Assembly: GCA_945897315.1 (NCBI GenBank)
Contig: CAMDFF010000004.1
Location: 1,018-65,017, forward strand
Origin: a candidate division TM6 bacterium UASB124
GTDB taxonomy: Bacteria; Babelota; Babeliae; Babelales; RVW-14
Length of the DNA stretch: 64,000 bases
Direction: 5' to 3'
Shown here: positions 1 to 8,955 of the stretch, one piece after another
Position numbering within the stretch: the stretch's first letter is position 1
How the letters are laid out: the number at the start of each line of letters is the position of its first letter
Notes under the pieces: model-generated
Told to the model about the DNA's origin: nothing
Databases searched by the model: none
What the model saw: only the letters and a program-made list of their open reading frames with translations
Translations under genes and position numbers: made by a program

Positions 1-270
1 AAGGGTTGCTGCCGATACAAAGCTCCTTAAGCTGCGAGCAATTAGAAAGACCTAAGACAGTTAGCAGAGGGCAGGCGTCGAAGTGGAGCTTCTCAAGCTG
101 TGGGCAGGGAGAAACGTCTAACGCAGTCAGTAAAGGGTTGTTGCCGGTAGAAAGCTTCTGAAGCCGTGGGCAATTGGAAAAGTCTAATGCCGTTAGCAGA
201 GGGCAGTAGTCGCAATCGAGCGTCTTAAGCTGCGGGCAATTAGAAACGTTTAAAGCCTTTAGCTGATGGT
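1..270 (-). repeat. Coding tandem repeats (11/22-aa LRR-like units; 132-bp DNA super-period)
   Basis: aagggttgctgcc at 1 recurs as aagggttgttgcc at about 134, and ttagcagagggcag at about 61 recurs at about 193. The translated units are LKALNVSNCPQ / LKTLDCDYCPL / LTALDFSNCPR / LQKLSTGNNPL and so on. Confidence 0.8.
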
Positions 271-1549
271 TCCTAAAGATTATAAGGTATCTCAGCTCGT
301 ATGAAATAATAGTTACGGCACCACATGATTCATCAATGGTCAACTTAGTTGGTTTTATAACGCTAAGCACAAAGTCAATAATTAATTGGGTAATTGCTTC
401 GCAACGAGGGAGTGCCTTGATGCTAGCAAAATTGAGTGTGTACTCATCAAAAAAACGCTCTTTAGTGATTATTTGATTAAGCCTAATATCGGTATCCATG
501 TTGCATGTATGAGGGAAACGGTGGTACCAAGCAAAGGAGAGCGCTATGCGATTTAATAAATCACCTTTATCGATTGTAGCGAGTAAGTCTGTGGCCTTAG
601 TTAGGAAGTATTGTGTGGGAGCGATTATTTCAAGCGCAGTCTTAGCATTGTCGAATGCTATAAGATATTGTGCATGATGCTGATCAATCAATGCGTCTAC
701 TAGTGGTTTCAGAATAGCTATTTTAGCAGCATCATTGGCTATAATTGCGTTGGTGAGTAGCTTCATGGCAATGGGCAGAGGAATGCCGTAAAAACCTTCC
801 GTTGAAAGAGAGATGTTATAAAAACCTTCCGTGTCAGGTTGCTGGCTGGTCTTAATAATAGGTTGAGCACAAAGCATTCTTTCATCATCAGTTAACTCAA
901 TACCACGAGAAATTCGAATTTTGGAAGCAATAGAACCAATGTTTTGCTGGAATGATTCTCCCCACTGTCTGCTTGTTTGCGCAAGTGCCAGCTGATCTGC
1001 TGCTGGTAAAAAGTGAGAAATTAAACAGCGTGCTTGATTGGGGAGTCTTTGTTCTGGAGATAGACGAATTCTAAGGTTTCGAGCCTTATTGTATGCAGCT
1101 ATGACTTGTTTTAGCTCCATGGCATCATCGCTGGTATCAGTTAAAAAAACGCTTCGCATTGCTAAAGTAATATTGTCTGCTAATACATCACAAGCATGCA
1201 GTCGTGCTTGACTAGCTATCTTGAGTACTTTCCCTGCACCATTTAATGCTTCAAGTTGTGCAGGAGTAATGAGTAATGGCTCACTTGGTATAGCATCAGC
1301 AGTAAGTACAGGAAATTGCTCGAGTAAGCTTTGTTGTGCTTTCTTGCAACGTAAAAAAATATCCTCGACTTTTGCCTGCGCTGGAGTTGTAGAAGGTGTA
1401 GAGCGTCTTGCACTGACAGGGGGGGCAGCAGAATATTCTCCTCCAGCACCGCCACATGCGGGTGCTTCTCCTGCGCTATGCAATGGCGCAAGCAAGCTAA
1501 GAGTAAGAAGCAAAACCGTTTGTGTTGCGACTGTTGTAAATCTGATCAA
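1..1549 (-). CDS. Secreted F-box-like / leucine-rich-repeat protein (partial, C-terminus runs off the window; TTG start)
   Basis: Absent from the ORF track because it is open at the window edge. My minus-strand translation starts at TTG 1549, with AAGGGG 6 nt upstream and an in-frame TGA just before. It gives the signal-like N-terminus (M)IRFTTVATQTVLLLTLSLLAPLHSA, the F-box-like stretch LPNQARCLISHFLPAADQLALAQTSRQW, and then repeated LxxL(D/N)xSxCPx units to the edge. Confidence 0.7.
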   Translation of the reverse strand, partial: MIRFTTVATQTVLLLTLSLLAPLHSAGEAPACGGAGGEYSAAPPVSARRSTPSTTPAQAKVEDIFLRCKKAQQSLLEQFPVLTADAIPSEPLLITPAQLEALNGAGKVLKIASQARLHACDVLADNITLAMRSVFLTDTSDDAMELKQVIAAYNKARNLRIRLSPEQRLPNQARCLISHFLPAADQLALAQTSRQWGESFQQNIGSIASKIRISRGIELTDDERMLCAQPIIKTSQQPDTEGFYNISLSTEGFYGIPLPIAMKLLTNAIIANDAAKIAILKPLVDALIDQHHAQYLIAFDNAKTALEIIAPTQYFLTKATDLLATIDKGDLLNRIALSFAWYHRFPHTCNMDTDIRLNQIITKERFFDEYTLNFASIKALPRCEAITQLIIDFVLSVIKPTKLTIDESCGAVTIISYELRYLIIFRNHQLKALNVSNCPQLKTLDCDYCPLLTALDFSNCPRLQKLSTGNNPLLTALDVSPCPQLEKLHFDACPLLTVLGLSNCSQLKELCIGSNP

Positions 1550-1945
1550 AAAATTCCCCTTGGGTAAAATGCATAAAAGTAGGTTTCAGTAGTATGGTAT
1601 TTCAGAGCCGATACATTACAATATGCTTAGTTGAATTACAAGCAATAATGCAAGAAAGATAACAGCCTGCTTTTTACCTAGTTTTATGCCCCGTGTAAAA
1701 GTAATTATTCAAAAACACATAGACCCTCTGGGAGTGTCGATTCAGAGGTCGATTTGAGTGTGTCCGGGGAAGGCGATTTCAGGGCGTTCTCAGCTGCCCG
1801 GAATGCTCTCCTGAGCGGTGTTTGCAGGGGGTAAAAGTTGTAAGTTTTTTTGGGAGATGTGGGATGCAATTGTTTTTGTTTGACTGATTCTGGGTAAAGG
1901 GGGATTGCCTGAGTAAGCGCTGGCTGGATAAGCTATTATACAATT

Positions 1946-1996
1946 AAAAAGAGAGCCCCGGCACTTCTTGGCTCGAAGCGGCGGGGCTCTCTTTTT
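1946..1996 (-). terminator. Rho-independent terminator (bidirectional shape) downstream of the ankyrin gene
   Basis: The stem pairs gagagccccg (1951-1960) with cggggctctc (1982-1991). It is flanked by an A5 run on one side and a T5 run on the other. Confidence 0.7.
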
Positions 1997-2018
1997 ACAT
2001 TACATCAAACGCGAGTAC

Positions 2019-3206
2019 TTACGTAAGCGACATAACCTTTTTAATTGTTTGCGCCTTGTCGATAAGATCCATTGCGGATTGGCCGTCTTTGCCTTTGAGA
2101 TGAGCATCTGAACCGGCTTCCATGAGCAGACGGAATGCTGCGACCATGTCACAATGTGCAGGATCAATCGTTGAAAAACGATGTGCCGCACACATCAAAG
2201 CGGTGTGGCCATGTTCGTTTTGTGTGTCAACACGTGCTCCAGCAGTAAGAAGAAGAGAAGTAAGCTTTTCAGGTCTAGTGTCTAAATGGTACTTATTTGA
2301 TTGATAAGCAGTGTAGACAGTCATTAGGGGTGTATTGCCATGCTTATTTGCAATGTTGGCGTCAGCGTTAGCATCAAGCAACAGGTGTATGATATCTGGC
2401 GCATAATTTGCTGTTGCAATGTTTAATGGTGTATCTCCATTGCTGTTAGTTGCGTTAACGTTAGCTCCTGCTTTCACAAGTGCTGAGATGATCTCAATGG
2501 GAGAATTTTTTTTTGCAGCATAGGTCAACAAGGTCTCTGCACCATTGGACGTAGTTTGGTTAACGTCAGCACCAGCAGCAAGTAATGCTTGAAATGTTTT
2601 ATTCCACATAACTAGAAAATCAGGATTATTAGTTTCATAACAAGAAAGATCGCCACAGAGCTCTTCTAGTGCTGAGTAGTCATTACTATTCTTTAGGTTA
2701 CCATTAGCACCTGCAGCAAGTAGCAACATAGCCGTTTCGTGTCGATTATATCGACAATTATAGATCAGCGCTGTATCTCCATAGTCGTTTTGATTATCAA
2801 TATGTGCACCAGCATCAAGCAAAATTTGAACAATTTCGTTCTCGCTTACAACGCTAGCATAATATGATTGAGCCATGAGTATTAATGCAGTATTTCCCTC
2901 ACAGGTTGCATTAACATCTGCCCCAGCTTCAATCAATACTTGTACGATTTTTTTATGCCCATTGCACGCAGCAGCAGACAATGAATTGTGAGTTATCGAA
3001 TAGCCGTGCCTTCTATAATGAGCATTTGGATTAGCACCAAGCGCTAAATACATGCGTACTTGATTTACATGACCATCTGTTGCTGCAATCACTAATAGAT
3101 CGCCAAGAGTGTCAGCAAGCATAGTGATTTTCGCTTGAAGAGGCACCAAGAAAACACTGAATACTAAACTAATAATCAGACTGGTTTTGAAACCACATTT
3201 TGTCAT
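2019..3206 (-). CDS. Secreted ankyrin-repeat protein
   Basis: Many ankyrin-type repeats are present (GANPNA.., GADVNAT.., GAHIDNQNDYGDTALI.., GANVNATNSNGDTPLNIA, DANADANIANKHGNTPLM). The likely start is MTKCGFKTSLIISLVFSVFLVPLQA at 3206, with AGGAGA upstream. The track ORF extends to 3257. Confidence 0.85.
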   Translation of the reverse strand: MTKCGFKTSLIISLVFSVFLVPLQAKITMLADTLGDLLVIAATDGHVNQVRMYLALGANPNAHYRRHGYSITHNSLSAAACNGHKKIVQVLIEAGADVNATCEGNTALILMAQSYYASVVSENEIVQILLDAGAHIDNQNDYGDTALIYNCRYNRHETAMLLLAAGANGNLKNSNDYSALEELCGDLSCYETNNPDFLVMWNKTFQALLAAGADVNQTTSNGAETLLTYAAKKNSPIEIISALVKAGANVNATNSNGDTPLNIATANYAPDIIHLLLDANADANIANKHGNTPLMTVYTAYQSNKYHLDTRPEKLTSLLLTAGARVDTQNEHGHTALMCAAHRFSTIDPAHCDMVAAFRLLMEAGSDAHLKGKDGQSAMDLIDKAQTIKKVMSLT

Positions 3207-3468
3207 GAGGCAAGTTCTCCTAAAAACGGATGAATGAGAATATAACAGCTCAATCATTGTAAACGTTTTAAGAGGCCATCACAAAGGGGTTTGCGGTTAT
3301 GCAGCTAGAAAGAAATTATGCGAATAAAATGCTGTTTGAAATCAATGATTTGATCTTAGCGTGGTAATTCCTGGTGTCTATTTTCCAGGGGGTGAAAATC
3401 GGTTTTGCCATCTGACTCAGCCTGTGCCTATGGACTAACCTAAAAAAGGGGCTCGAAATGTGTGTGTA

Positions 3469-4539
3469 TTAATTATCATTACCGACATTGCCCTGCTGGG
3501 CTAATATTTTTTTAATGTGCATGAGCATATCGCTTGGTGTGAATGCTGCCATACAGTTGACGCCATCATCCCCGTGCTCTTTTTTATAGGTATGGGGGCA
3601 AGAGATTTGAAGTGCTTGCTTCACGTTGTCGCCATCGAGAAAGGGGCCGTGCTGTTTTTTTGATGTTGGGCCAAAAATACCAATTGTTTTAATGCCTAAA
3701 TAATCGCACAAGTGCAACAGACCAGTGTCTGGTGCAACGACCAACCGTGCGTGGGTGAGGGCGTAGCCAGTCATAGCCAAATGCCACGATGGCATGAGGT
3801 GGAAAGGGATATTGCGCATCGTGAGTTCTGTTACTAAATCTCGTGCGGCTTGCCCAAATGCGCTGCCAACAATAACAAGCGGGTTTTGTACTGCAAGATC
3901 TTGTGCAAGGGCAACCCAGTGCTCAAGAGGCCAATGTTTTGAGATCCATGTTGTGTTTGGGCAGAGTGCAATGAACGATGCAATTTTTTCATGTGCAAGC
4001 CACACCTGAACAGTTTTTTTTTCTTTTTCTTGCATCGCAAGCTGGAAGTCAGATTGCAATGTATGGACGGCAGGGCATGCCTGATAGGGTGCTAAATCGT
4101 ACGCTGCGCAAGCAGCAAGAGCTAAGTTTTTTTGTACGATGTTATTAAATTCTGGGGTAACCTGTTCGTCTGTGAACCAAGTGCTGAGTGGCCAGCGTGC
4201 ATTTTTTTTATCAAAGCCATACTTTTTACCGCTTAAAAAAGCGAGCAGCATACTTGTTTTGGTGAGCCCTTGAAAATCAAGAATGCCGTCCCAATGCACA
4301 GCACGTAGCTCTTTCATGATATGCAGCGTTGTACCAATGTTTTTTGGGTACAAGAAATTATCTGGCAGCACGTATACGCGTTCAAGAAACGGTTGGTTGA
4401 CCAGCAAGCTGGCAGCTTTTTGCTGCACAATCCAGCTGATGCGGGCGGATGGCAGAAGCTGCTTTAATAAAAATATGCATGGCAATGTATGAATAACATC
4501 ACCAATAGCAGAAACTCTCATGATCAGAATATTTAACAT
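3469..4539 (-). CDS. Glycosyltransferase family 9 (LPS heptosyltransferase-like)
   Basis: The N-terminus MLNILIMRVSAIGDVIHTLPCIFLLKQ and the WDGILDFQGLTKTS motif are typical of the WaaC/WaaF family. Whether it is heptosyltransferase I or II cannot be decided. Confidence 0.8.
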   Translation of the reverse strand: MLNILIMRVSAIGDVIHTLPCIFLLKQLLPSARISWIVQQKAASLLVNQPFLERVYVLPDNFLYPKNIGTTLHIMKELRAVHWDGILDFQGLTKTSMLLAFLSGKKYGFDKKNARWPLSTWFTDEQVTPEFNNIVQKNLALAACAAYDLAPYQACPAVHTLQSDFQLAMQEKEKKTVQVWLAHEKIASFIALCPNTTWISKHWPLEHWVALAQDLAVQNPLVIVGSAFGQAARDLVTELTMRNIPFHLMPSWHLAMTGYALTHARLVVAPDTGLLHLCDYLGIKTIGIFGPTSKKQHGPFLDGDNVKQALQISCPHTYKKEHGDDGVNCMAAFTPSDMLMHIKKILAQQGNVGNDN

Positions 4540-4643
4540 GCTTTTTGCTGAATTTTTGGGATAGAATAGAGGCTCTTGTTAACATCGTTACGGTTATTTG
4601 TAACATATTTACGACTATTTGTCACAACCTGAGGGATAGAGTT

Positions 4644-7400
4644 ATGGATTTATTGAATGCAAAAATAAAGATTGTGCTGCTCTTGATTGCTTCTTGTAGC
4701 CTGCTCATGGCGGCATACTGGATGTATACGAAGCAAAAAAAACCAACACTTAAGGCAACGGAGGCGCTGTTTGAAGTGCCGAAAGATAAGATTACCAAGC
4801 GTGTGCTACCAAATGGAATGCATGCAATTGTGTATCAAAATGATGCTATTCCAAAAGTGCTTGTGCAAATGGCATATGATGTTGGGTCATACGTCGAAGA
4901 AACTGGGGAGCGTGGGCTAGCTCACTTAGTAGAACATATGATTTTTAAAGGTACTGATACGCTCTCAGAGACGGATATTGATACTATTGCTCGTAAGTAT
5001 GGCGCAAGCTACAATGCATTTACATCACTTGATGTGACAAGTTATTATTTTGAATCAAATAAGAACAACTGGAAGCCATTTTTAGAGATTCTTGCAGATT
5101 GCATGCACAATGTGCGGTTTGATGAGCAACATCTTGCGTCAGAAGTTAAAGCAGTTGTACAAGAGCTTAAGATGAATAAAGATAGCTACTGGAAAGTTTT
5201 GTATCTCAAGGCTTTAGAGCTGGCATTCCCACCAAATCATCCCTATCATATGCCGACAATAGGTTTTAAAGATGACCTACTGACATTGAAGGCAGATCAA
5301 ATAAAATCTTTTTATAAAAAATATTATCGTCCTGATCGTGCAACGCTTTTTATTGTTGGCGATGTTAACCCAGAAGATGCTTTACATGAAGTAGAGCGGT
5401 TATTTAATACATCTGCTCCTGCTGCACAACCGCTTGTTACCTCTTTTCCTGCCATGCAATCAGAGCTTGCGATGCACAATACTCGGTTTTATGAAGACGT
5501 GCAAAGTGAGCATGTTGCGTTGTATTGGACAATTCCTGGTCTTAAGGATGAGCAAGAGCAAGTTGTATCAGTGATCGAATCACTTCTAGGTGAAGGGCAT
5601 GCTGGTCGTTTGCATCGTGCACTTGTTGATGAGCATAAAGTTGCTGCGTCTGTTTCAGTGTTCGCTTCAAAAATGATGGAAGCAGGACTTTTCTTTGTTT
5701 TGCTTGAGCCGCTACCAGGTAAAAAAGAAGCTTGTGTCCACCTCGTTAAAGAAGAGCTGGCAAAGTTGGCGCTTAAGGGTGTTAGTGATGTTGATTTAGC
5801 GCGTGTTGCAAAGACAAAGAAAGTAGACTTTTTCGAGAAGACTTTGCATTTTAATGGCTTGGTCTACGATTGGTTGCAATCATATTTTGCTACGCGTGAT
5901 GAGATGGCTTTGTTTAATCGTGTCAATCGCTATAACGATATTACGAGTCAAGACGTACAAGCATTTGCAGCATCGTATATTGACCCATTTTTAATGAACC
6001 AAGCTGAAATTTTGCCACTGCCTGCAGACAAGAAAATTATTCGTGAGCACATGAAGCAGCAATCAGATGAGCTTGATCAGAAAATTTTAGCGCGTCATGC
6101 GCGGACAGCGCCGATTGAAGAGCCTCGTGCTGCTGCACATTTTCCAGCTCCTTGCCCGTTAACGTTTAATTTTCCTAAGCCAACAAAGACAATTATATTG
6201 CCCAATGGCCTTACTGTTTTGCTAGCACAGCAGTATCATTTACCGATGATCAGTGCCGTATGTAGCTTTAAGGATGCATCATTTTTCTCAGCAGCACGTG
6301 AAGGTGCAATGCTGGGCCTCATGATGAGCATGTTGCTTGAAGGAACCAAAGGAAGTAGTAAACAAGAGACGGTTGATTTCTTTGAACAGCGCGGAGCATC
6401 GTACAGCTTTGATGCAGGAGGAGCTTCTCTCTCGTGCCTGGCGGCAGATTTTGCAGAGATCGTTGAGCGCTTTATGCTTGTTTTGCAACGGCCAATATTT
6501 GCTAAAGATGCGCTTGAAAAGATTAAGAAAATTGAAATCGATTCGCTGCGTCGCTCTAAAGATGATGCGAAAGACATGGCCGGCAGACTTCTTAAAAACT
6601 CGCTCTACAAAGGGCAGCCATATGCGTGGACCTTTGATGATGTCGTTAATGATGTGACACAAGCGTCGCATAGTTCGTTGCGTGCGCTGCATAAGCAGTA
6701 TGTGACAGCAGAAAATATGATTGTTTCTGTTGTTGGAGATTTTGATGTTGATGAAATGGAGCATCTGGTGCGCTGCTATTTTGGGCAGCTTGAGACGGGT
6801 ACACGTGTTGTTGTGCCTCCTCTTGTTCCGCTCGTACATAGCCCTGAAAACATAGATTTTACGATGACCCGTGACCAAGTAATGTTGATGTACGGCAAGC
6901 CATCAGCCGTGACGGTGTATGACCAAGATTATGTGCCTCTGAGATTGTTGAACTATATCTGCTTTAAATCGCTTGGCTCTCGCCTGTTCAAAATACGTGA
7001 ACGTACAGGCCTCTTTTATAGGGCCTTTGGGGAATTTGCAGCACGTGCTTCAAAAAATCCTGGTTACGATTGTGTTGGCGCGATCATTAGTCCTGAAAAT
7101 GTTGCAGTAGCCGAAAAAGAAATTCTGAAGTGTTTGGCAGAAATTGCCTCAGAGGGTGTTACGGCTGCAGAGCTCAATGCTGCTAAAAACTCATATGAAA
7201 ATGATATGATTGATTTGATCACGAATAATGGTTTGATTGCACGTTTACTCAGCAGCGTTAATACATTGGAATTGCCTGAAGATCATTATGATAAAATATT
7301 AGATCGTGTGCATAATTTGACGGTGGATGAGGCGAATGCTTTGCTGGCGCGCTATGTTTCAGCAGATAATTTTACTTGTGTTCGCGTAGGGCGCGTTTAA
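4644..7400 (+). CDS. M16 (pitrilysin/insulinase) family zinc peptidase, tandem two-unit type, N-terminal TM anchor
   Basis: Carries the HxxEH zinc motif in GLAHLVEHMIFKGTD. A second inactive M16-like half follows. The likely start is MDLLNAKIKIVLLLIASCSLL at 4644, with GAGGGA upstream. The track ORF starts at TTG 4545. Confidence 0.85.
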   Translation: MDLLNAKIKIVLLLIASCSLLMAAYWMYTKQKKPTLKATEALFEVPKDKITKRVLPNGMHAIVYQNDAIPKVLVQMAYDVGSYVEETGERGLAHLVEHMIFKGTDTLSETDIDTIARKYGASYNAFTSLDVTSYYFESNKNNWKPFLEILADCMHNVRFDEQHLASEVKAVVQELKMNKDSYWKVLYLKALELAFPPNHPYHMPTIGFKDDLLTLKADQIKSFYKKYYRPDRATLFIVGDVNPEDALHEVERLFNTSAPAAQPLVTSFPAMQSELAMHNTRFYEDVQSEHVALYWTIPGLKDEQEQVVSVIESLLGEGHAGRLHRALVDEHKVAASVSVFASKMMEAGLFFVLLEPLPGKKEACVHLVKEELAKLALKGVSDVDLARVAKTKKVDFFEKTLHFNGLVYDWLQSYFATRDEMALFNRVNRYNDITSQDVQAFAASYIDPFLMNQAEILPLPADKKIIREHMKQQSDELDQKILARHARTAPIEEPRAAAHFPAPCPLTFNFPKPTKTIILPNGLTVLLAQQYHLPMISAVCSFKDASFFSAAREGAMLGLMMSMLLEGTKGSSKQETVDFFEQRGASYSFDAGGASLSCLAADFAEIVERFMLVLQRPIFAKDALEKIKKIEIDSLRRSKDDAKDMAGRLLKNSLYKGQPYAWTFDDVVNDVTQASHSSLRALHKQYVTAENMIVSVVGDFDVDEMEHLVRCYFGQLETGTRVVVPPLVPLVHSPENIDFTMTRDQVMLMYGKPSAVTVYDQDYVPLRLLNYICFKSLGSRLFKIRERTGLFYRAFGEFAARASKNPGYDCVGAIISPENVAVAEKEILKCLAEIASEGVTAAELNAAKNSYENDMIDLITNNGLIARLLSSVNTLELPEDHYDKILDRVHNLTVDEANALLARYVSADNFTCVRVGRV

Positions 7401-7593
7401 ATTTATACCAACGAATAATGCCATTGATTGGGTTGCAGCTAAGAAGCCGTAGCAGAATTAATGGCACACTAATCCAGAATGGTTTTGCTTCTAGTTGGCG
7501 TAGGGCATAGCGACCACAGCTTTCTGGATAGATGCAAACGGTGAGGCCCAAAAAAGGGCGTAGAGTTTGATACATAAAAGCTAAAGGGCTCAT
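7372..7593 (-). CDS. yidD: Membrane protein insertion efficiency factor YidD
   Basis: A 73-aa protein with C..YPESCGRYALRQLE...LILLRLLSCNP, matching the YidD/DUF37 pattern CRFxPxCSxY...R(I/L)xRCxP. It sits directly downstream of rnpA and overlaps the convergent M16 gene by 29 nt. Confidence 0.8.
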   Translation of the reverse strand: MSPLAFMYQTLRPFLGLTVCIYPESCGRYALRQLEAKPFWISVPLILLRLLSCNPINGIIRWYKFKRALREHK

Positions 7594-7604
7594 GCGTGGG
7601 CCCT

Positions 7605-7940
7605 TTAGCTTTTAGAACAAATATGCTTGAGTAAAAATGCTTTGAGTGCATCAAACGAGCCTTCGGTCGCACGCTTGTTGACAAGCATAATAAATATCGC
7701 AGGCTTGTCGTGCACTGCTAGCTCATAGAAAATTGCTTTGGCCCGGCGACGAATTAAATTACGGTCGTGTGCTTTGCCACTTGCTCGGGGAGTTACCACG
7801 AGGAGCTTGCTGTAGGGGGTGATTGTTGGTGCTTTTATAAGCTTAACCCCTTGGCCATAGCCAAGTTTCACTGCTACCGCAAATGCTTGCTTAACTTCAG
7901 CTGGTTGAAACGAAAATAAATCTCTGAAGTTAATAGGCAT
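7605..7940 (-). CDS. rnpA: Ribonuclease P protein component
   Basis: A 111-aa basic protein with LLVVTPRASGKAHDRNLIRRRAKAIFYEL, matching the RnpA RNR-motif region. The rnpA-yidD synteny supports the call. Confidence 0.8.
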   Translation of the reverse strand: MPINFRDLFSFQPAEVKQAFAVAVKLGYGQGVKLIKAPTITPYSKLLVVTPRASGKAHDRNLIRRRAKAIFYELAVHDKPAIFIMLVNKRATEGSFDALKAFLLKHICSKS

Positions 7941-7963
7941 GCGATTCTCAGTTATCTCATTAA

Positions 7964-8953
7964 TTAATTAAATCGAGTCTTGGTATTTTTAAATAGATCG
8001 TCAGCTGATATAAGTTGTATATTTTTTGCAGGATGAATTCTAAAGTGCAGTATAGGTTCATCAGAATATTCTGTTTCTGCCAGAAAAGCATCTACTTTAT
8101 CAACCGCTTTCTCATGGTACTTTTTCCCAACAAAGGGATTATGCATCATTGCATGATAAAGTACAAATGGATCGTTGCTATCGCTTGTACTTTCTGGAGG
8201 ATACCCAAAAGTGAGTTTGATTTCGCTATGATCAGAAATCCATTCATCGATGATGTCATCATTGCTAGTGCAGACAACAGGGGCAATGATCACGAGCAGC
8301 TCTTTGTTAGAAGTGTTATCGCGTTGCATAAAGCATTTGCCATACAGAATAGCATGTACGATCATTTCCATTGATAATGCATGGATAAGGCGATCTTTAT
8401 TGAGCATAGAAGCATTATAGCTTTTCTTGGATCGCGCTGTTGCTACGTCGCTTATTAATTCTTCTGAGAGTTTTTCGATTACACGGTTGTTGATCAGCAA
8501 CACCCCTTGTTGTTTAATCTTGGCATTAATATTCTTGCGCCGTGCACGAACTGAATCAAGAAGAGCAGTTGCTGCTGTTTGTGTAATTCTAACACGGGTT
8601 TCGCGTGGTTGTTTTGTGAGCGAAGCCTCAATTAGACGTCTCTCTGGGGTGATTTTATTTTTCAAAGCCAGGTTTCGTCTAGGGGTGCCAGCCAAGGGGC
8701 TTTTTGCGGATATTTTTGATTCTCTACGAGGAGGGGTTACCTGAATTTTTACTGTGGCAGGATTTTCTATTAAAGGAGTAGGGTTTTCTATTTCTTCTTC
8801 GCTGTCAGAATCACTTTCATCATCTTCGGAAGAAGAGTAGTCAACAAGGCCCATATAGGCTGCTTGCAGCGGTGTCGTGATGATAATTCCGCATAGAATA
8901 AGAATTAAGAATCGATTGATAAAATGTGTATGCATTGTCATCTCGCTTCTCAT
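7964..8953 (-). CDS. Secreted protein of unknown function (paralog 1 of a tandem pair)
   Basis: Has a signal-like FLILILCGIIITTPLQA, an acidic Ser-rich stretch SSSEDDESDSDSEEE and a basic TPRR/ERR region. The C-terminal block EIKLTFGYPPESTSDSNDPFVLYHAM is shared with the upstream gene. Confidence 0.6.
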   Translation of the reverse strand: MRSEMTMHTHFINRFLILILCGIIITTPLQAAYMGLVDYSSSEDDESDSDSEEEIENPTPLIENPATVKIQVTPPRRESKISAKSPLAGTPRRNLALKNKITPERRLIEASLTKQPRETRVRITQTAATALLDSVRARRKNINAKIKQQGVLLINNRVIEKLSEELISDVATARSKKSYNASMLNKDRLIHALSMEMIVHAILYGKCFMQRDNTSNKELLVIIAPVVCTSNDDIIDEWISDHSEIKLTFGYPPESTSDSNDPFVLYHAMMHNPFVGKKYHEKAVDKVDAFLAETEYSDEPILHFRIHPAKNIQLISADDLFKNTKTRFN

Positions 8954-8955
8954 AA

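Noticed and set aside
1-270. Regular ~66/132-bp periodicity at the window start that could be taken for a CRISPR array or a non-coding satellite
   Set aside because: The repeats lie in one open reading frame continuous with 271-1549 and translate to LRR-like LxxLxxSxCPx units. There are no unique spacers of constant length between identical repeats.
1221-1592. Track ORFs 1221..1592 (+) and 1243..1491 (-)
   Set aside because: Both lie inside or antisense to the much longer TTG-initiated F-box/LRR reading frame. Their translations are low-complexity with no motifs.
1725-1995. Possible tmRNA or SRP RNA (gggagtgtcgattc... start; gtccggggaagg resembling the SRP GGAA-loop region)
   Set aside because: There is no tRNA-like T-arm or CCA end for tmRNA. 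The conserved SRP domain IV sequence (GGAAGCAGC context with a closing helix) is also absent. The region is left as unassigned.
4545-4643. N-terminal extensions of track ORFs (M16 peptidase from TTG 4545; similarly SecD from 23048, ankyrin from 3257, HtpX from 20110)
   Set aside because: Internal ATGs preceded by good Shine-Dalgarno sequences give N-termini that begin with the expected signal or TM segments. The extensions are unconserved-looking and overlap the promoter regions of divergent genes.
7941-7963. Expected rpmH (L34) upstream of rnpA
   Set aside because: Only 23 nt separate rnpA from the preceding 329-aa gene, and no 44-46-codon basic ORF is present in the vicinity. rpmH must be elsewhere.
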